Position numbers and translations under genes: made by a program. From NCBI GenBank assembly GCA_963701185.1, contig OY969569.1, positions 923,548 to 987,547 on the forward strand: a stretch of DNA of 64,000 bases, in the 5' to 3' direction. Shown piece after piece: positions 9,703-20,004 of this stretch; positions within the stretch are counted from its first letter, which is position 1; the number at the start of each line of letters is the position of its first letter. The notes beneath the pieces are model-generated. The model was not told where the DNA came from and ran no database searches. It was given only the letters and a program-made list of their open reading frames with translations. Source of the DNA: Candidatus Gottesmanbacteria bacterium. Its GTDB lineage: Bacteria; Patescibacteriota; Microgenomatia; UBA10105; UBA927.

Positions 9703-10017
9703 ATGGCAAAACAAAATATTTCACCGTTATTTGATAACGTACTCGTTAAACCCCTCGAGGCGGAAGAAAAACTTCCGTCCGGTATTATCCTTCCGGATAG
9801 CGCGAAAGAAAAACCCCAGATCGGCCAGGTGATGGCTGTCGGCCCAGGAAAATCCTGTTGCTGTGATGAAGATGATAAGGAATGCGCAGACCGCGGCATG
9901 GTTGTCAAAGTCGGAGACCGCGTCATGTACAAAAAGTGGGGCGGCAATGAAGTGAAGGTCGGCGGGGAGGAATGGACAATCGTTGAACAGAAGGACATAT
10001 TAGCAATCGTCAAATAA
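9703..10017 (+). CDS. groES: Co-chaperonin GroES with a cysteine-rich insertion
   Basis: LFDNVLVKPLEAEEKLPSGIILPDSAKEKPQIGQVMAVGPG ... KVGDRVMY ... ILAIV. Contains GKSCCCDEDDKECADRG where canonical GroES has the roof hairpin. Confidence 0.9.
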   Translation: MAKQNISPLFDNVLVKPLEAEEKLPSGIILPDSAKEKPQIGQVMAVGPGKSCCCDEDDKECADRGMVVKVGDRVMYKKWGGNEVKVGGEEWTIVEQKDILAIVK

Positions 10018-11682
<1,665 letters not shown>

Positions 11683-11694
11683 AATTATAAACAG

Positions 11695-11725
11695 AAAAGC
11701 CCCGGGAAACCGGGGCTTTTGATTT
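11695..11725 (+). terminator. Rho-independent terminator after groEL
   Basis: AAAAGCCCCGG-GAAA-CCGGGGCTTTTGATTT: GC-rich 7-bp stem, GNRA-like loop, T tract. Confidence 0.7.
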
Positions 11726-11726
11726 A

Positions 11727-11735
11727 TGGTATACT
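11727..11735 (+). promoter_or_regulatory. Extended -10 element TGgTATACT 6 nt upstream of the ATG at 11742 (leaderless start)
   Basis: Seen directly. No SD between box and ATG. Confidence 0.4.
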
Positions 11736-11741
11736 CATGGT

Positions 11742-11948
11742 ATGAAAACCACAAATACGAAACTGTTATCGAAAAAATATCCCAATCAATGGATTGCTGT
11801 TGAATCAAAAACTGGCAAAGTCGTTGGTGCCTCTAAATCAGCGAAACTAGCATATGAGCAATCTCAAAAACATGGGATTAAAGTACCTCTTATGATGAGA
11901 ATTCCTAAAGAGTATGGAACCTATATCCTCAATTCGACTCGGGTATAA
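11742..11948 (+). CDS. Small protein (68 aa), DUF5678-like partner of the downstream retropepsin-like protease
   Basis: KYPNQWIAVESKTGKVVGASKSAKLAYEQSQKHGIKVPLMMRIPKE pattern. Overlaps the next gene by 35 nt. AT-rich. Confidence 0.4.
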   Translation: MKTTNTKLLSKKYPNQWIAVESKTGKVVGASKSAKLAYEQSQKHGIKVPLMMRIPKEYGTYILNSTRV

Positions 11949-12357
11949 ATCATTTTCGGCAACGCCCCTTAAACCTTTCCCTGATAGGCAATTTGTTTAT
12001 CGTCCGGTTATCAATATTTTGTTGATATTCGGTAATAAATCGTTAGAATATGAGGCATTAATAGATTCGGGAGCTGATTTTTGTATTTTCCATGCAGAAA
12101 TGGCGACTATTCTCGGTATTAAGGTCAATGAAGGAAAACAAATGACGTTTTATGGTACTGGTGGTGTACCTCAGACAGCATATTTTCATGAGATTCAAAT
12201 TGAAATTGGCGGATGGCCGATGGATCTTTATTGCGGTTTTAGTTCAGAAATGAAATCTCTTCCATATGGGATCCTCGGACAAACGGGATTTTTTGACCGG
12301 TTCAGGATTGAATTTGATTATAAAAATAAAAGAATTGAATTGAAACCAAAATCATAA
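11914..12357 (+). CDS. Retropepsin-like (clan AA) aspartic protease
   Basis: Catalytic ALIDSGADF (D-S/T-G-A) plus ILGQTGFF flap/hydrophobic-Gly motif. About 145 aa single-lobe size. Confidence 0.6.
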   Translation: MEPISSIRLGYKSFSATPLKPFPDRQFVYRPVINILLIFGNKSLEYEALIDSGADFCIFHAEMATILGIKVNEGKQMTFYGTGGVPQTAYFHEIQIEIGGWPMDLYCGFSSEMKSLPYGILGQTGFFDRFRIEFDYKNKRIELKPKS

Positions 12358-12367
12358 ATTAAAAAAT

Positions 12368-12775
12368 ATGAGTAATTTAAAATTAAACCGGTTTGAGACG
12401 TGCGATTACGCAATGGTTGCACAGGACGGGAAATTGTCAGTTATAGGCATTTTTGACAGGATATTCGTACGCTCTCTGCCGGCTCAGCATCCGAGCATGT
12501 GTTTCGTCGTTGTTGCAAAGGGGGAGCCGGGATCAGATCATAAAATAAAATTAGTCACAACCGCTCCTTCGGGAAAGAAAATTAACGAAATGCCGATTAC
12601 TATTAAAACAAATACCGAGGGGTATTTTAATGTCATAGCGACGCTTAACAACCTGCCGATTACCGAGCAGGGCGTGTTGACCATCGATTGTTTCGACGGT
12701 GATAAAAAGGTAGGATCAAAGGAAGTGGTTATCTCCATGACTCCGAATTTTCAGGGAAGCAAAGTAAAAAATTAG
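12368..12775 (+). CDS. Hypothetical protein (135 aa), third gene of the protease module
   Basis: Intact ORF 10 nt after the protease gene. Beta-rich. No recognisable motif. Confidence 0.35.
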   Translation: MSNLKLNRFETCDYAMVAQDGKLSVIGIFDRIFVRSLPAQHPSMCFVVVAKGEPGSDHKIKLVTTAPSGKKINEMPITIKTNTEGYFNVIATLNNLPITEQGVLTIDCFDGDKKVGSKEVVISMTPNFQGSKVKN

Positions 12776-12888
12776 GTATACTACCTTTATGTTCAAACAC
12801 TTTTCTGCGACGGTGTATGTGGTGGCTACAATAAAAGGGGAACCGTCGCATGAACTTATTGCTCCTGCAACTACTGCGCTTACAGCAT

Positions 12889-13395
12889 TTACAGGACACG
12901 GAAAATAAATAGGAGCGCAATCAGCGCCGCCCAGAAAACCAGAAATTCCGTCGGGTGCTTCGCCCAGTTTTTTCCTTCATAATGGATCGGTGAAAATGGA
13001 TAAAGGAATTGCGTGGCAAAATCTCCGTCATGAGTCGGGATATCTATGAGGATATGTGTTGAGTACGCCAGAGTTAAGATGGGCCATGATGCGGGATAGA
13101 GCAGGTAGCTAGTCAGTGCGACAAAAGGCAGGATAGCGAATGAGTGGAAAAAGAGATAAGTCCCCCTGTCAATGTTGTTATCAAACACATTGGCATTGGT
13201 TGTTTTCCAGAGAGCACGGATGAACGCGTATGGAGACGTTTTTGGTGCATGCTTCACCTTGAAATAATAAAAGGGGATAATACCCAGGATATCCGGCGCG
13301 ATTGCCGCGGCCGCCGCCGGCAGTATATCCGGACTTCCCATGATTTTGGCAACGGCAAAACCCGTAACCCCGTGATACAACACATCCATGATCAT
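12889..13395 (-). CDS. Membrane-bound metal-dependent hydrolase (DUF457/YdjM-like)
   Basis: Multiple TM helices with HILIDIPTHDGDF and an N-terminal H/G-rich motif. Confidence 0.45.
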   Translation of the reverse strand: MIMDVLYHGVTGFAVAKIMGSPDILPAAAAAIAPDILGIIPFYYFKVKHAPKTSPYAFIRALWKTTNANVFDNNIDRGTYLFFHSFAILPFVALTSYLLYPASWPILTLAYSTHILIDIPTHDGDFATQFLYPFSPIHYEGKNWAKHPTEFLVFWAALIALLFIFRVL

Positions 13396-13460
13396 ATTAT
13401 ACCGTGTAGCTCTCTGTTTTTGATCCGATCCCGGTTTGTGGTAGTATTGAGACGATCCCT

Positions 13461-13892
13461 ATGCATATCACCATTGCCAAGCCGAGGCTTTCTGACGCTC
13501 CAATTATGGTAAAATGGGGGCGGGAGTCTGCGGCGCTCAAAGATTACAGTACCGATATATGGTATTCCGTCAGCGCGATTCGTGAATGGATTTCAGATCC
13601 GAACGAAGATATTATTCTCATAGCCCGGGACGGCGAAAAACCGGTCGGGATGTGTCTGGCGCATGGAATGAGAAATTGGGCGTACTGTTCCACACTGTAT
13701 GTGGACAAAGCATATCGGAATAAAGGGATCGGAACGATACTTCTTGCCAAAATGATCGAACATGCCAAGAAACGCAAATATGTAGAATTTGCCCTTATGG
13801 TCAATAAAAGCAACAAAGAGGCGAAGAAATTTTACCGTAAACAGGGATTCAAAAAAGGCTATCTCTTCCGCTGGATGGGCAAAAAAATATAG
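13461..13892 (+). CDS. GNAT family N-acetyltransferase
   Basis: YVDKAYRNKGIGTILLAKMIEHAKKRKY ... FYRKQGF acetyl-CoA-binding motif. Confidence 0.75.
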   Translation: MHITIAKPRLSDAPIMVKWGRESAALKDYSTDIWYSVSAIREWISDPNEDIILIARDGEKPVGMCLAHGMRNWAYCSTLYVDKAYRNKGIGTILLAKMIEHAKKRKYVEFALMVNKSNKEAKKFYRKQGFKKGYLFRWMGKKI

Positions 13893-13910
13893 CTCTGTTA
13901 TACTTGCCCC

Positions 13911-14777
13911 ATGGAATCATATGTTTTATTTGCATGGGCAGCCGCGGTTTTGTTGGGTGTTGAGGGTATTTTAGCAAAATTCACCAGCAAATACGCGATC
14001 AAAAACCCATGGCTGTTTAACTTCGTCTGGAATTTTATCATCCTCTTGTATACGCTCGGTATCGCGCTTTTTTACCACATCGGCTGGCCGCATGCATGGG
14101 AAAATATCCTTATTGCCGGAGTTTTCTATGCACTATCCGGTGTGTTTTATACATGGGCTCTTTATCTGTTGGATGTTTCCGTTTTAGCGCCGCTTTTTAA
14201 CTTCCGTGCGGTATTCAGCGTTTTATTGGGAGTGTGGCTTCTGCAACAACTTCTCACGACGCAACAATATATGCTTATCGGTGTTATTTTTATTGCGGGA
14301 CTGTTTGTCAGTTTTGATGAGCATTTCAAGCTGCAGTCGTTTTTCCGGATGCCGATCCTTATTGCAATGATCGCAATGGTGGTGATTGCGGCCTACGGCA
14401 TCTATATCAATAAAGCAATTGCGGCTAATGACTTTTGGACTGGCACGATATGGACGTATGCTGTTGCCCAGATCCTCCTTGCATTCACCTGGCCGAAATT
14501 CGGCCGAGATATCGGGAAGATTTCCAAAAAACAGCTGGGCGCACTTGCCGTTATTTCGATTGCCGGCACGATCGGCATGCTTGCGGCCAATCAGTCATAT
14601 ACGGGAAATGTCGGTATTGCCTCAACGATTATTTCCCTGCCGATTTCCATGGTACTGGCATTCCTGTTTGCGGTATTTGCCCCGACCTTATTGGAAAAAC
14701 ATACGATGAAAACCTACGCGATCCGCTTCATTGCCGCGGGAGTCATGGTAGTGGCAGCCATCAAACTTACCGTGTAA
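13911..14777 (+). CDS. Polytopic membrane protein, EamA/DMT-like transporter
   Basis: About 10 predicted TM helices in two halves. No catalytic motifs. Confidence 0.4.
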   Translation: MESYVLFAWAAAVLLGVEGILAKFTSKYAIKNPWLFNFVWNFIILLYTLGIALFYHIGWPHAWENILIAGVFYALSGVFYTWALYLLDVSVLAPLFNFRAVFSVLLGVWLLQQLLTTQQYMLIGVIFIAGLFVSFDEHFKLQSFFRMPILIAMIAMVVIAAYGIYINKAIAANDFWTGTIWTYAVAQILLAFTWPKFGRDIGKISKKQLGALAVISIAGTIGMLAANQSYTGNVGIASTIISLPISMVLAFLFAVFAPTLLEKHTMKTYAIRFIAAGVMVVAAIKLTV

Positions 14778-15393
14778 TTTCCGGCAGGACGTCTTCAGGG
14801 TTGATGGAGATGCCGTTTTGGTAAATTTCAAAATGTACGTGATTGCCCGTGGCCCACCCTGTGGCGCCGACCAATCCGATTGCCGTCGTTTTGGTGACAG
14901 CTTCCCCCGGGGTTACCAAAATTTTTGAGAAATGGGCATAGAGGGACTGTAACTGGTTATTATTTTTAATAAATACATGATTTCCATAGCCGTATGACAA
15001 GGACTGTGTCCATTCTACGGTTCCATCGGCGATGGGGTACACAGGCGTGCCTACGGGCGCGGTGATATCCATGCCGGGATGTCCTACCCGGAAGGTTTGT
15101 GAAATACCGAAGGTCGTGAGCGGCCACCGGGTTTCGGATTCTGTCGGGCCGTAGGGTATAGTGACCATGGGAATGTCGCGGGCCACTTCCCAAGCAGACC
15201 AGACGGCAGACGTCTGGGGGACGACAATTGCCACGGCAAACGCCAAGCTGGCCAGGTTCACTCCCAGGATCTGCCTGACGTGGAGTTTTTCGATACGTTT
15301 TCGTATCTCATGGCTCAAACGGTTGCTGCCGTGAATATCTGAAGAAAGCCATGTAAGCAATTTCTTCATAAAGGAAACTAAATTATACTCCAA
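14767..15393 (-). CDS. M23 family metallopeptidase (LytM-like)
   Basis: HPGMDITAPVGTPVYPIADGTV ... GNHVHFEI (HxxxD and HxH motifs). Confidence 0.85.
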   Translation of the reverse strand: MEYNLVSFMKKLLTWLSSDIHGSNRLSHEIRKRIEKLHVRQILGVNLASLAFAVAIVVPQTSAVWSAWEVARDIPMVTIPYGPTESETRWPLTTFGISQTFRVGHPGMDITAPVGTPVYPIADGTVEWTQSLSYGYGNHVFIKNNNQLQSLYAHFSKILVTPGEAVTKTTAIGLVGATGWATGNHVHFEIYQNGISINPEDVLPEITR

Positions 15394-15449
15394 CTATAGG
15401 TTAGGGTCAAGTTTACGGGATTGCGTCTGTGTGCTATGATCGTAGGGCA

Positions 15450-16334
15450 ATGAAGCGTAAAATCGTGTTTATCGTCGTCCTGATCGGTCTTGTCGCCGCA
15501 GTTGCCGTTGTTGTTAAACTTCTTACCAACAGAGGTCCGAAACAAGGAGAACTTCGCGTCAACAGCACCCCGGCAGCCTCCATATTTTTGGATAACAAAA
15601 ATATCGGCCGAACGCCATTTCCGTCTGAAAAAATTACCGCCGGCAGCTATACCATCAAGCTTGTTCCGGAATCTACGACAAACCAACGTGCGCCGTGGGA
15701 AGGACGCATAGTAGTTGGTCAGGGGTTACTTACCTACGTGAACGCAGATTTAACTGAGTCGGAACTTTCAAGCGCCGTTGACGTATTATGGCTTGAAAAA
15801 ATATCCAGCAAACAGTCCGAACTGTCCGTCACGACGAATCCGGACGGAGCGAATGTATTGGTGGACGACGTAACCCGCGGCGTGACTCCGATTTCCATAT
15901 CAGATATTACGCCGGGAGATCACACGGTTACGGTAACCAGCGTCGGGTTTCTCACCCGGACGCTCAAAGTCCGAACGACACCCGGGTATAGACTTATTGC
16001 CACGATGAAATTAGGGCTTACCTCGGGGACACAGATTCCGGAAGCCTCTCCGACACCGACGTTGGCCGCGACCGGAAAAGTAACCCCTACGTCTAAAACC
16101 GCGACGTCGTCCGCCCAGACGAATCCTGAAAAGCCATATGTGGTTGTGAAAGATACGCCCACCGGATTTTTGCGTGTCCGTATGGAGCCCGCAACAAGTG
16201 CGACGGAAGCGGCGCGCGTCAATCCGGGCGACAAATTTACGATTTTGGATTCGCAAAATGGCTGGTATAAAATCCGCTATGACGACACAAACACAGGTTG
16301 GATTTCAGGACAATACGTTGATAAGGTGGAGTAA
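15450..16334 (+). CDS. PEGA-domain and SH3b-domain secreted/membrane-anchored protein
   Basis: Two PEGA-like units (VNSTPAASIFLDNKNIGRTPF; VTTNPDGANVLVDDVTRGVTPI) and a C-terminal SH3b-like GWYKIRYDDTNTGWISGQYV. ATG 15450 preferred over the GTG at 15429 because TGcTATGAT lies 9 nt upstream. Confidence 0.55.
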   Translation: MKRKIVFIVVLIGLVAAVAVVVKLLTNRGPKQGELRVNSTPAASIFLDNKNIGRTPFPSEKITAGSYTIKLVPESTTNQRAPWEGRIVVGQGLLTYVNADLTESELSSAVDVLWLEKISSKQSELSVTTNPDGANVLVDDVTRGVTPISISDITPGDHTVTVTSVGFLTRTLKVRTTPGYRLIATMKLGLTSGTQIPEASPTPTLAATGKVTPTSKTATSSAQTNPEKPYVVVKDTPTGFLRVRMEPATSATEAARVNPGDKFTILDSQNGWYKIRYDDTNTGWISGQYVDKVE

Positions 16335-16340
16335 TTTATT

Positions 16341-17279
16341 TTATCCGCCAATGCCGTAAACAACGGAGAAGATGGAAAATGTCCACAAAATAACGGTCGT
16401 CAGGAGCGGCAGATCCGACATAAGTATTTTCTCCGGAGATTCACCTTTTCCTTCGTAGATGAGCTGCATATATCGCATGATGCCAAAGAGGACAAAGGGG
16501 ATGGAAATCATGAGCCACTTCCTGCCGGAAATATCCAAAGCAAAATCATAATAGTTTCTGAAGAAAAATCCCTGATTCGCCGGGCGCTCCAGAAACGTAT
16601 AGAACGCGTAGGTAATAAATGTACTGTTGGCAAACATCGCAGTATATGTGTCCAGAAGTTTTTCCGAATAGTGCGAGAGGGTTTCGCGGGTGTCACGGGG
16701 TACGACACCGTCGTATTTCTGAATAAGCGTGAGTTCTGCCCGCCGTTTTCCGATAGCTAAAAAGAGTGCAAGAGATAGGGCGGCAAGTGCCAACCATACG
16801 GAAATATGATAGCCGGTTGCGGCTTCTCCCGCATACACGCGCAAAAAATACGCAGTCGTAATTGTGAGAATATCGACAACGCTGAAGCGTTTGAGAACTA
16901 AGGTGTAGGAATACTGCACAATGGCAAATGCAATGGATATGATAAAAAACGAATTAGAAACCGTTTGACTTATCAGAATTCCGATAACTCCCAACAGAAT
17001 CGACACGACAGCCGCAATCGGCATAGGGAGCTTGCCGCTTGCAATTGGACGGAATTTTTTGAATGGGTGTTTCCGATCGTGCGGCGCGTCCAATATATCA
17101 TTAAAAAGATAGTTTGAGGATGATAATAAACAGAATACAATGAACGCAATAATGGTTGACGTAAAGGCGCGCGTTTCAAAAAAATGCCCGGTAAATAGGA
17201 TCGTTGTAAACAACGCAAGATTTTTTACCCATTGTCTGGGTCTTGCGGCTCGGAAAATTGCGTAAAGAATTGTACCCAT
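16341..17279 (-). CDS. UbiA-family polyprenyl-phosphate phosphoribosyltransferase-like (decaprenyl-phosphate 5-phosphoribosyltransferase family)
   Basis: NDILDAPHDRKHPFKKFRPIASG matches the NDxxDxxxD and KRxRPIAxG motifs of DPPR synthases. Start taken at the internal MGTILYAIFRAARPRQW. Confidence 0.55.
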   Translation of the reverse strand: MGTILYAIFRAARPRQWVKNLALFTTILFTGHFFETRAFTSTIIAFIVFCLLSSSNYLFNDILDAPHDRKHPFKKFRPIASGKLPMPIAAVVSILLGVIGILISQTVSNSFFIISIAFAIVQYSYTLVLKRFSVVDILTITTAYFLRVYAGEAATGYHISVWLALAALSLALFLAIGKRRAELTLIQKYDGVVPRDTRETLSHYSEKLLDTYTAMFANSTFITYAFYTFLERPANQGFFFRNYYDFALDISGRKWLMISIPFVLFGIMRYMQLIYEGKGESPEKILMSDLPLLTTVILWTFSIFSVVYGIGG

Positions 17280-18307
17280 ATCAGGAATGATACGATCCCG
17301 GCAGCCAATAGGAGCAGTGCAAACACTTTCTGTTGACTTGTGACCGTGAGTGCAATCACCCCCAGTATAGCCGACACCCCCCAGTAAAACAAGGCGATCC
17401 GGCGTTTCCCCCATCCGATGTTCAGGAGTTGGTGATGAAGGTGTCCCCGGTCGGCAGCCACAGGAGATTTTTTCGTGCTGACCCGGCGAAACAGGGTATA
17501 GACGGCGTCAATCGTCGGTACGCCCAGAACCAGAAGCGCGGTACCTAATTTTCCGTAGGAGAGAATGCCCAGGAGTGCCAAAAGGAACCCTGCGAGTGTT
17601 TTTCCGCCATACCCCGGCATAATTTTCTGGGGATAAAAATTCCACGGAATAAATCCTACAAATGTTCCGGTTACGATAAATGCCAGGACGGTAATGGTCT
17701 CTTGGCTGGGATCTATTAAGGTGAACCGCAGGGATAGAAATCCTAAGGTAAGTGCAGCAATCGCCACAAACCCGGGCATTTGTCCGTCCACTCCTGCAGA
17801 CCAGCCGACGATATTCATCGTCCATAAAATCCACATGAACGCTAACAGATCTGCCCACACCAGAATGGAATGCGTCCCGAAAAATGAAAACGTTATACGA
17901 AGCGTATCCAGGTGAATAACCCCTCCCGTCAGCGGATTGGTGATATACGGGATACCGGCGCCGGCCCCAACCATGATAAGAGCGGCGATAGCATTGGTGG
18001 TTAATCGAATATATGGATTGACGTCTTTGTAATCATCGAAGATCCCCACGATGACCAACAGGAGTGCTGCGATGATCATGCCGGTATATAGCTTTGTCAT
18101 CGGGATGTAGAGGAGAACCGCGATAACCAGTCCGATAAGAATAGCCAGTCCTCCAGCGCGCGGGATGATCCCTGTATGGGTGTGAGCAGGATGGAAACGC
18201 ACCCGCGGATTATCCACGAGTTTTAACTTTACTGCCAGCTGAATGATAAACGGGGTTACAGCAAGCGTACTAAGCATTGCAATAACAAATGGCATAATGA
18301 TATTCAT
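17225..18307 (-). CDS. Glycosyltransferase family 4, polyprenyl-phosphate HexNAc-1-phosphate transferase (WecA/MraY-like)
   Basis: About 10 TM helices, IFDDYKD (DDxxD), cytoplasmic loop ADRGHLHHQLL (HIHH-type motif). Confidence 0.7.
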   Translation of the reverse strand: MNIIMPFVIAMLSTLAVTPFIIQLAVKLKLVDNPRVRFHPAHTHTGIIPRAGGLAILIGLVIAVLLYIPMTKLYTGMIIAALLLVIVGIFDDYKDVNPYIRLTTNAIAALIMVGAGAGIPYITNPLTGGVIHLDTLRITFSFFGTHSILVWADLLAFMWILWTMNIVGWSAGVDGQMPGFVAIAALTLGFLSLRFTLIDPSQETITVLAFIVTGTFVGFIPWNFYPQKIMPGYGGKTLAGFLLALLGILSYGKLGTALLVLGVPTIDAVYTLFRRVSTKKSPVAADRGHLHHQLLNIGWGKRRIALFYWGVSAILGVIALTVTSQQKVFALLLLAAGIVSFLIWVQFFTQFSEPQDPDNG

Positions 18308-18310
18308 GTA

Positions 18311-18703
18311 TTAGCTCACAAGAAACAAAATTTTAATAAGCGTTATGAATGAAAGGATGCTCACGATAAGAGATGATAAAAATAGCATCTGCGTGAAGAT
18401 CAGGTATTCTGCGGTGACGTAAATACCGATAAGAAGGTCTATACCGTACCATAGGATGCTTGATGCCGGGAGTAGCAGCAGCCAATACGGCGGCGCAAGC
18501 TGATCTTCCCCCCAAGGACGTGAGAACCATAAGGGAACACTAGGAGGGAGGAGCGGAAAGCGCCATACCAGAATCCCGACTGAAAGAATGAATAGTGCGA
18601 AGACAAATTTATGCACAATACCAATAAACCAGTTCTTCTTTATGGCGTTCCACGTGGCGGTTGCCCGATGAGTTTCGGCGGGTATGTGAGGAAATATGTT
18701 CAT
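18311..18703 (-). CDS. Small polytopic membrane protein, hypothetical
   Basis: ORF with 3-4 TM helices. Start overlaps the upstream gene stop (ATGA). Confidence 0.3.
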   Translation of the reverse strand: MNIFPHIPAETHRATATWNAIKKNWFIGIVHKFVFALFILSVGILVWRFPLLPPSVPLWFSRPWGEDQLAPPYWLLLLPASSILWYGIDLLIGIYVTAEYLIFTQMLFLSSLIVSILSFITLIKILFLVS

Positions 18704-19995
18704 AGGGAAGTCTGGAAGACGACATCAAATGTGCCGTCGGCGTGTACCATGAATGCGCGGATCGGATACGGAGGGTAGTCGGCAACCATCTGATTGGCAG
18801 AAACAAGTACGCCTCCGACATACCACGGAAACGGAGTGAGATTTGGATTGTACAGATACACGTGATTTTTGTCAGCACTATAATAGATCGTTTCGAAAAA
18901 GACGAGCGGATTATCCGCGATAGTTACGTCCGTCGGGGATTTGAGCATCTTGATGTGTGTGAGCGTTGAACGGATATCCACTTTCTCGTGTTTGTCCGGG
19001 TACCAGATGTTAAATCCCAGGATAAACAGAAGGCAGGCGGCAGCAATTATTTTTTGCACCGTTGCACTGCGTATTGCATAGATGGCAAGCGCAATAATAA
19101 ACACTTCTGCAATACTGACGGGAATGACATAGCGATTGACGTACAACGGTTTGATAAAAGAAATTCCGATCACGAGGATAAGCGGAAGGTAGATTTGGGC
19201 AAGAAACACTTTTGCTGTCGTACGGGCTTTTTCTGACCGAATGGCGAGGTAGCTAAAACCGAGAATAAAAAGAGAAAGTATTTTTGTAAATTTCCATAGA
19301 TATCCCGGAGTGCCCTCATAACCGAGGAAAAGATTTCCCAAGACGGATGTGACGAGATTCATATCTACCGGGTAGTACCACAATGTCCGGAATATGCTGG
19401 CCTCACGCGCCAGTACGATAAACCATGGTGCGATTAAGGCGGCGGAAATTGCCATCACGCGTACCATCGGATCTTTTTTCCAGTGTATACGGGTTGTGAT
19501 CATATAATGAACGACCTCTACAAACGGTACGATAAGGAAATAACTATGGGTATAAAATCCAAGAACGGTTGCGGCCGCCAGAAGCACCCACAGGCGTTCG
19601 GTATAGGCCAGGAGTGAAAGAACGGTAAACAGGATATACCAGCCGTATGTCCTGCCTTCCATACCGTAGTACAAAAGCATGGGATTGAAAAAGAAAAAGA
19701 CCGGCAGCCACCAGGAGAGCCAGTGTTTGCGGAAAAGTTTTTCAGACCACGCGATGACGACCGCAGTAGCCGCACCAAAAGCAACCAGCGACAGGCTTCG
19801 CAAAGCAATCTCGCTCGTCCCGAATATTTTTATCCAAAAGTGCAGGAGCAGGTAATACAAAGGAGGCTCGAAACTGACATGGGTTATGATAAACGAAACA
19901 GGCCGCAGAGCCATGAGTATCGAAAAAGCTTCATCGCGCCATACACTTTGAGTAAGATACAGGATGGGAGAGTGTTGGAGAAAAAACTGAAACAT
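18700..19995 (-). CDS. GT-C fold glycosyltransferase (ArnT/PMT, GT39/GT83-like) membrane protein
   Basis: N-terminal SVWRDEAFSILMA motif typical of ArnT-like GT-C enzymes. More than 10 TM helices. Confidence 0.5.
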   Translation of the reverse strand: MFQFFLQHSPILYLTQSVWRDEAFSILMALRPVSFIITHVSFEPPLYYLLLHFWIKIFGTSEIALRSLSLVAFGAATAVVIAWSEKLFRKHWLSWWLPVFFFFNPMLLYYGMEGRTYGWYILFTVLSLLAYTERLWVLLAAATVLGFYTHSYFLIVPFVEVVHYMITTRIHWKKDPMVRVMAISAALIAPWFIVLAREASIFRTLWYYPVDMNLVTSVLGNLFLGYEGTPGYLWKFTKILSLFILGFSYLAIRSEKARTTAKVFLAQIYLPLILVIGISFIKPLYVNRYVIPVSIAEVFIIALAIYAIRSATVQKIIAAACLLFILGFNIWYPDKHEKVDIRSTLTHIKMLKSPTDVTIADNPLVFFETIYYSADKNHVYLYNPNLTPFPWYVGGVLVSANQMVADYPPYPIRAFMVHADGTFDVVFQTSL

Positions 19996-20004
19996 ACTGT
20001 TTTA

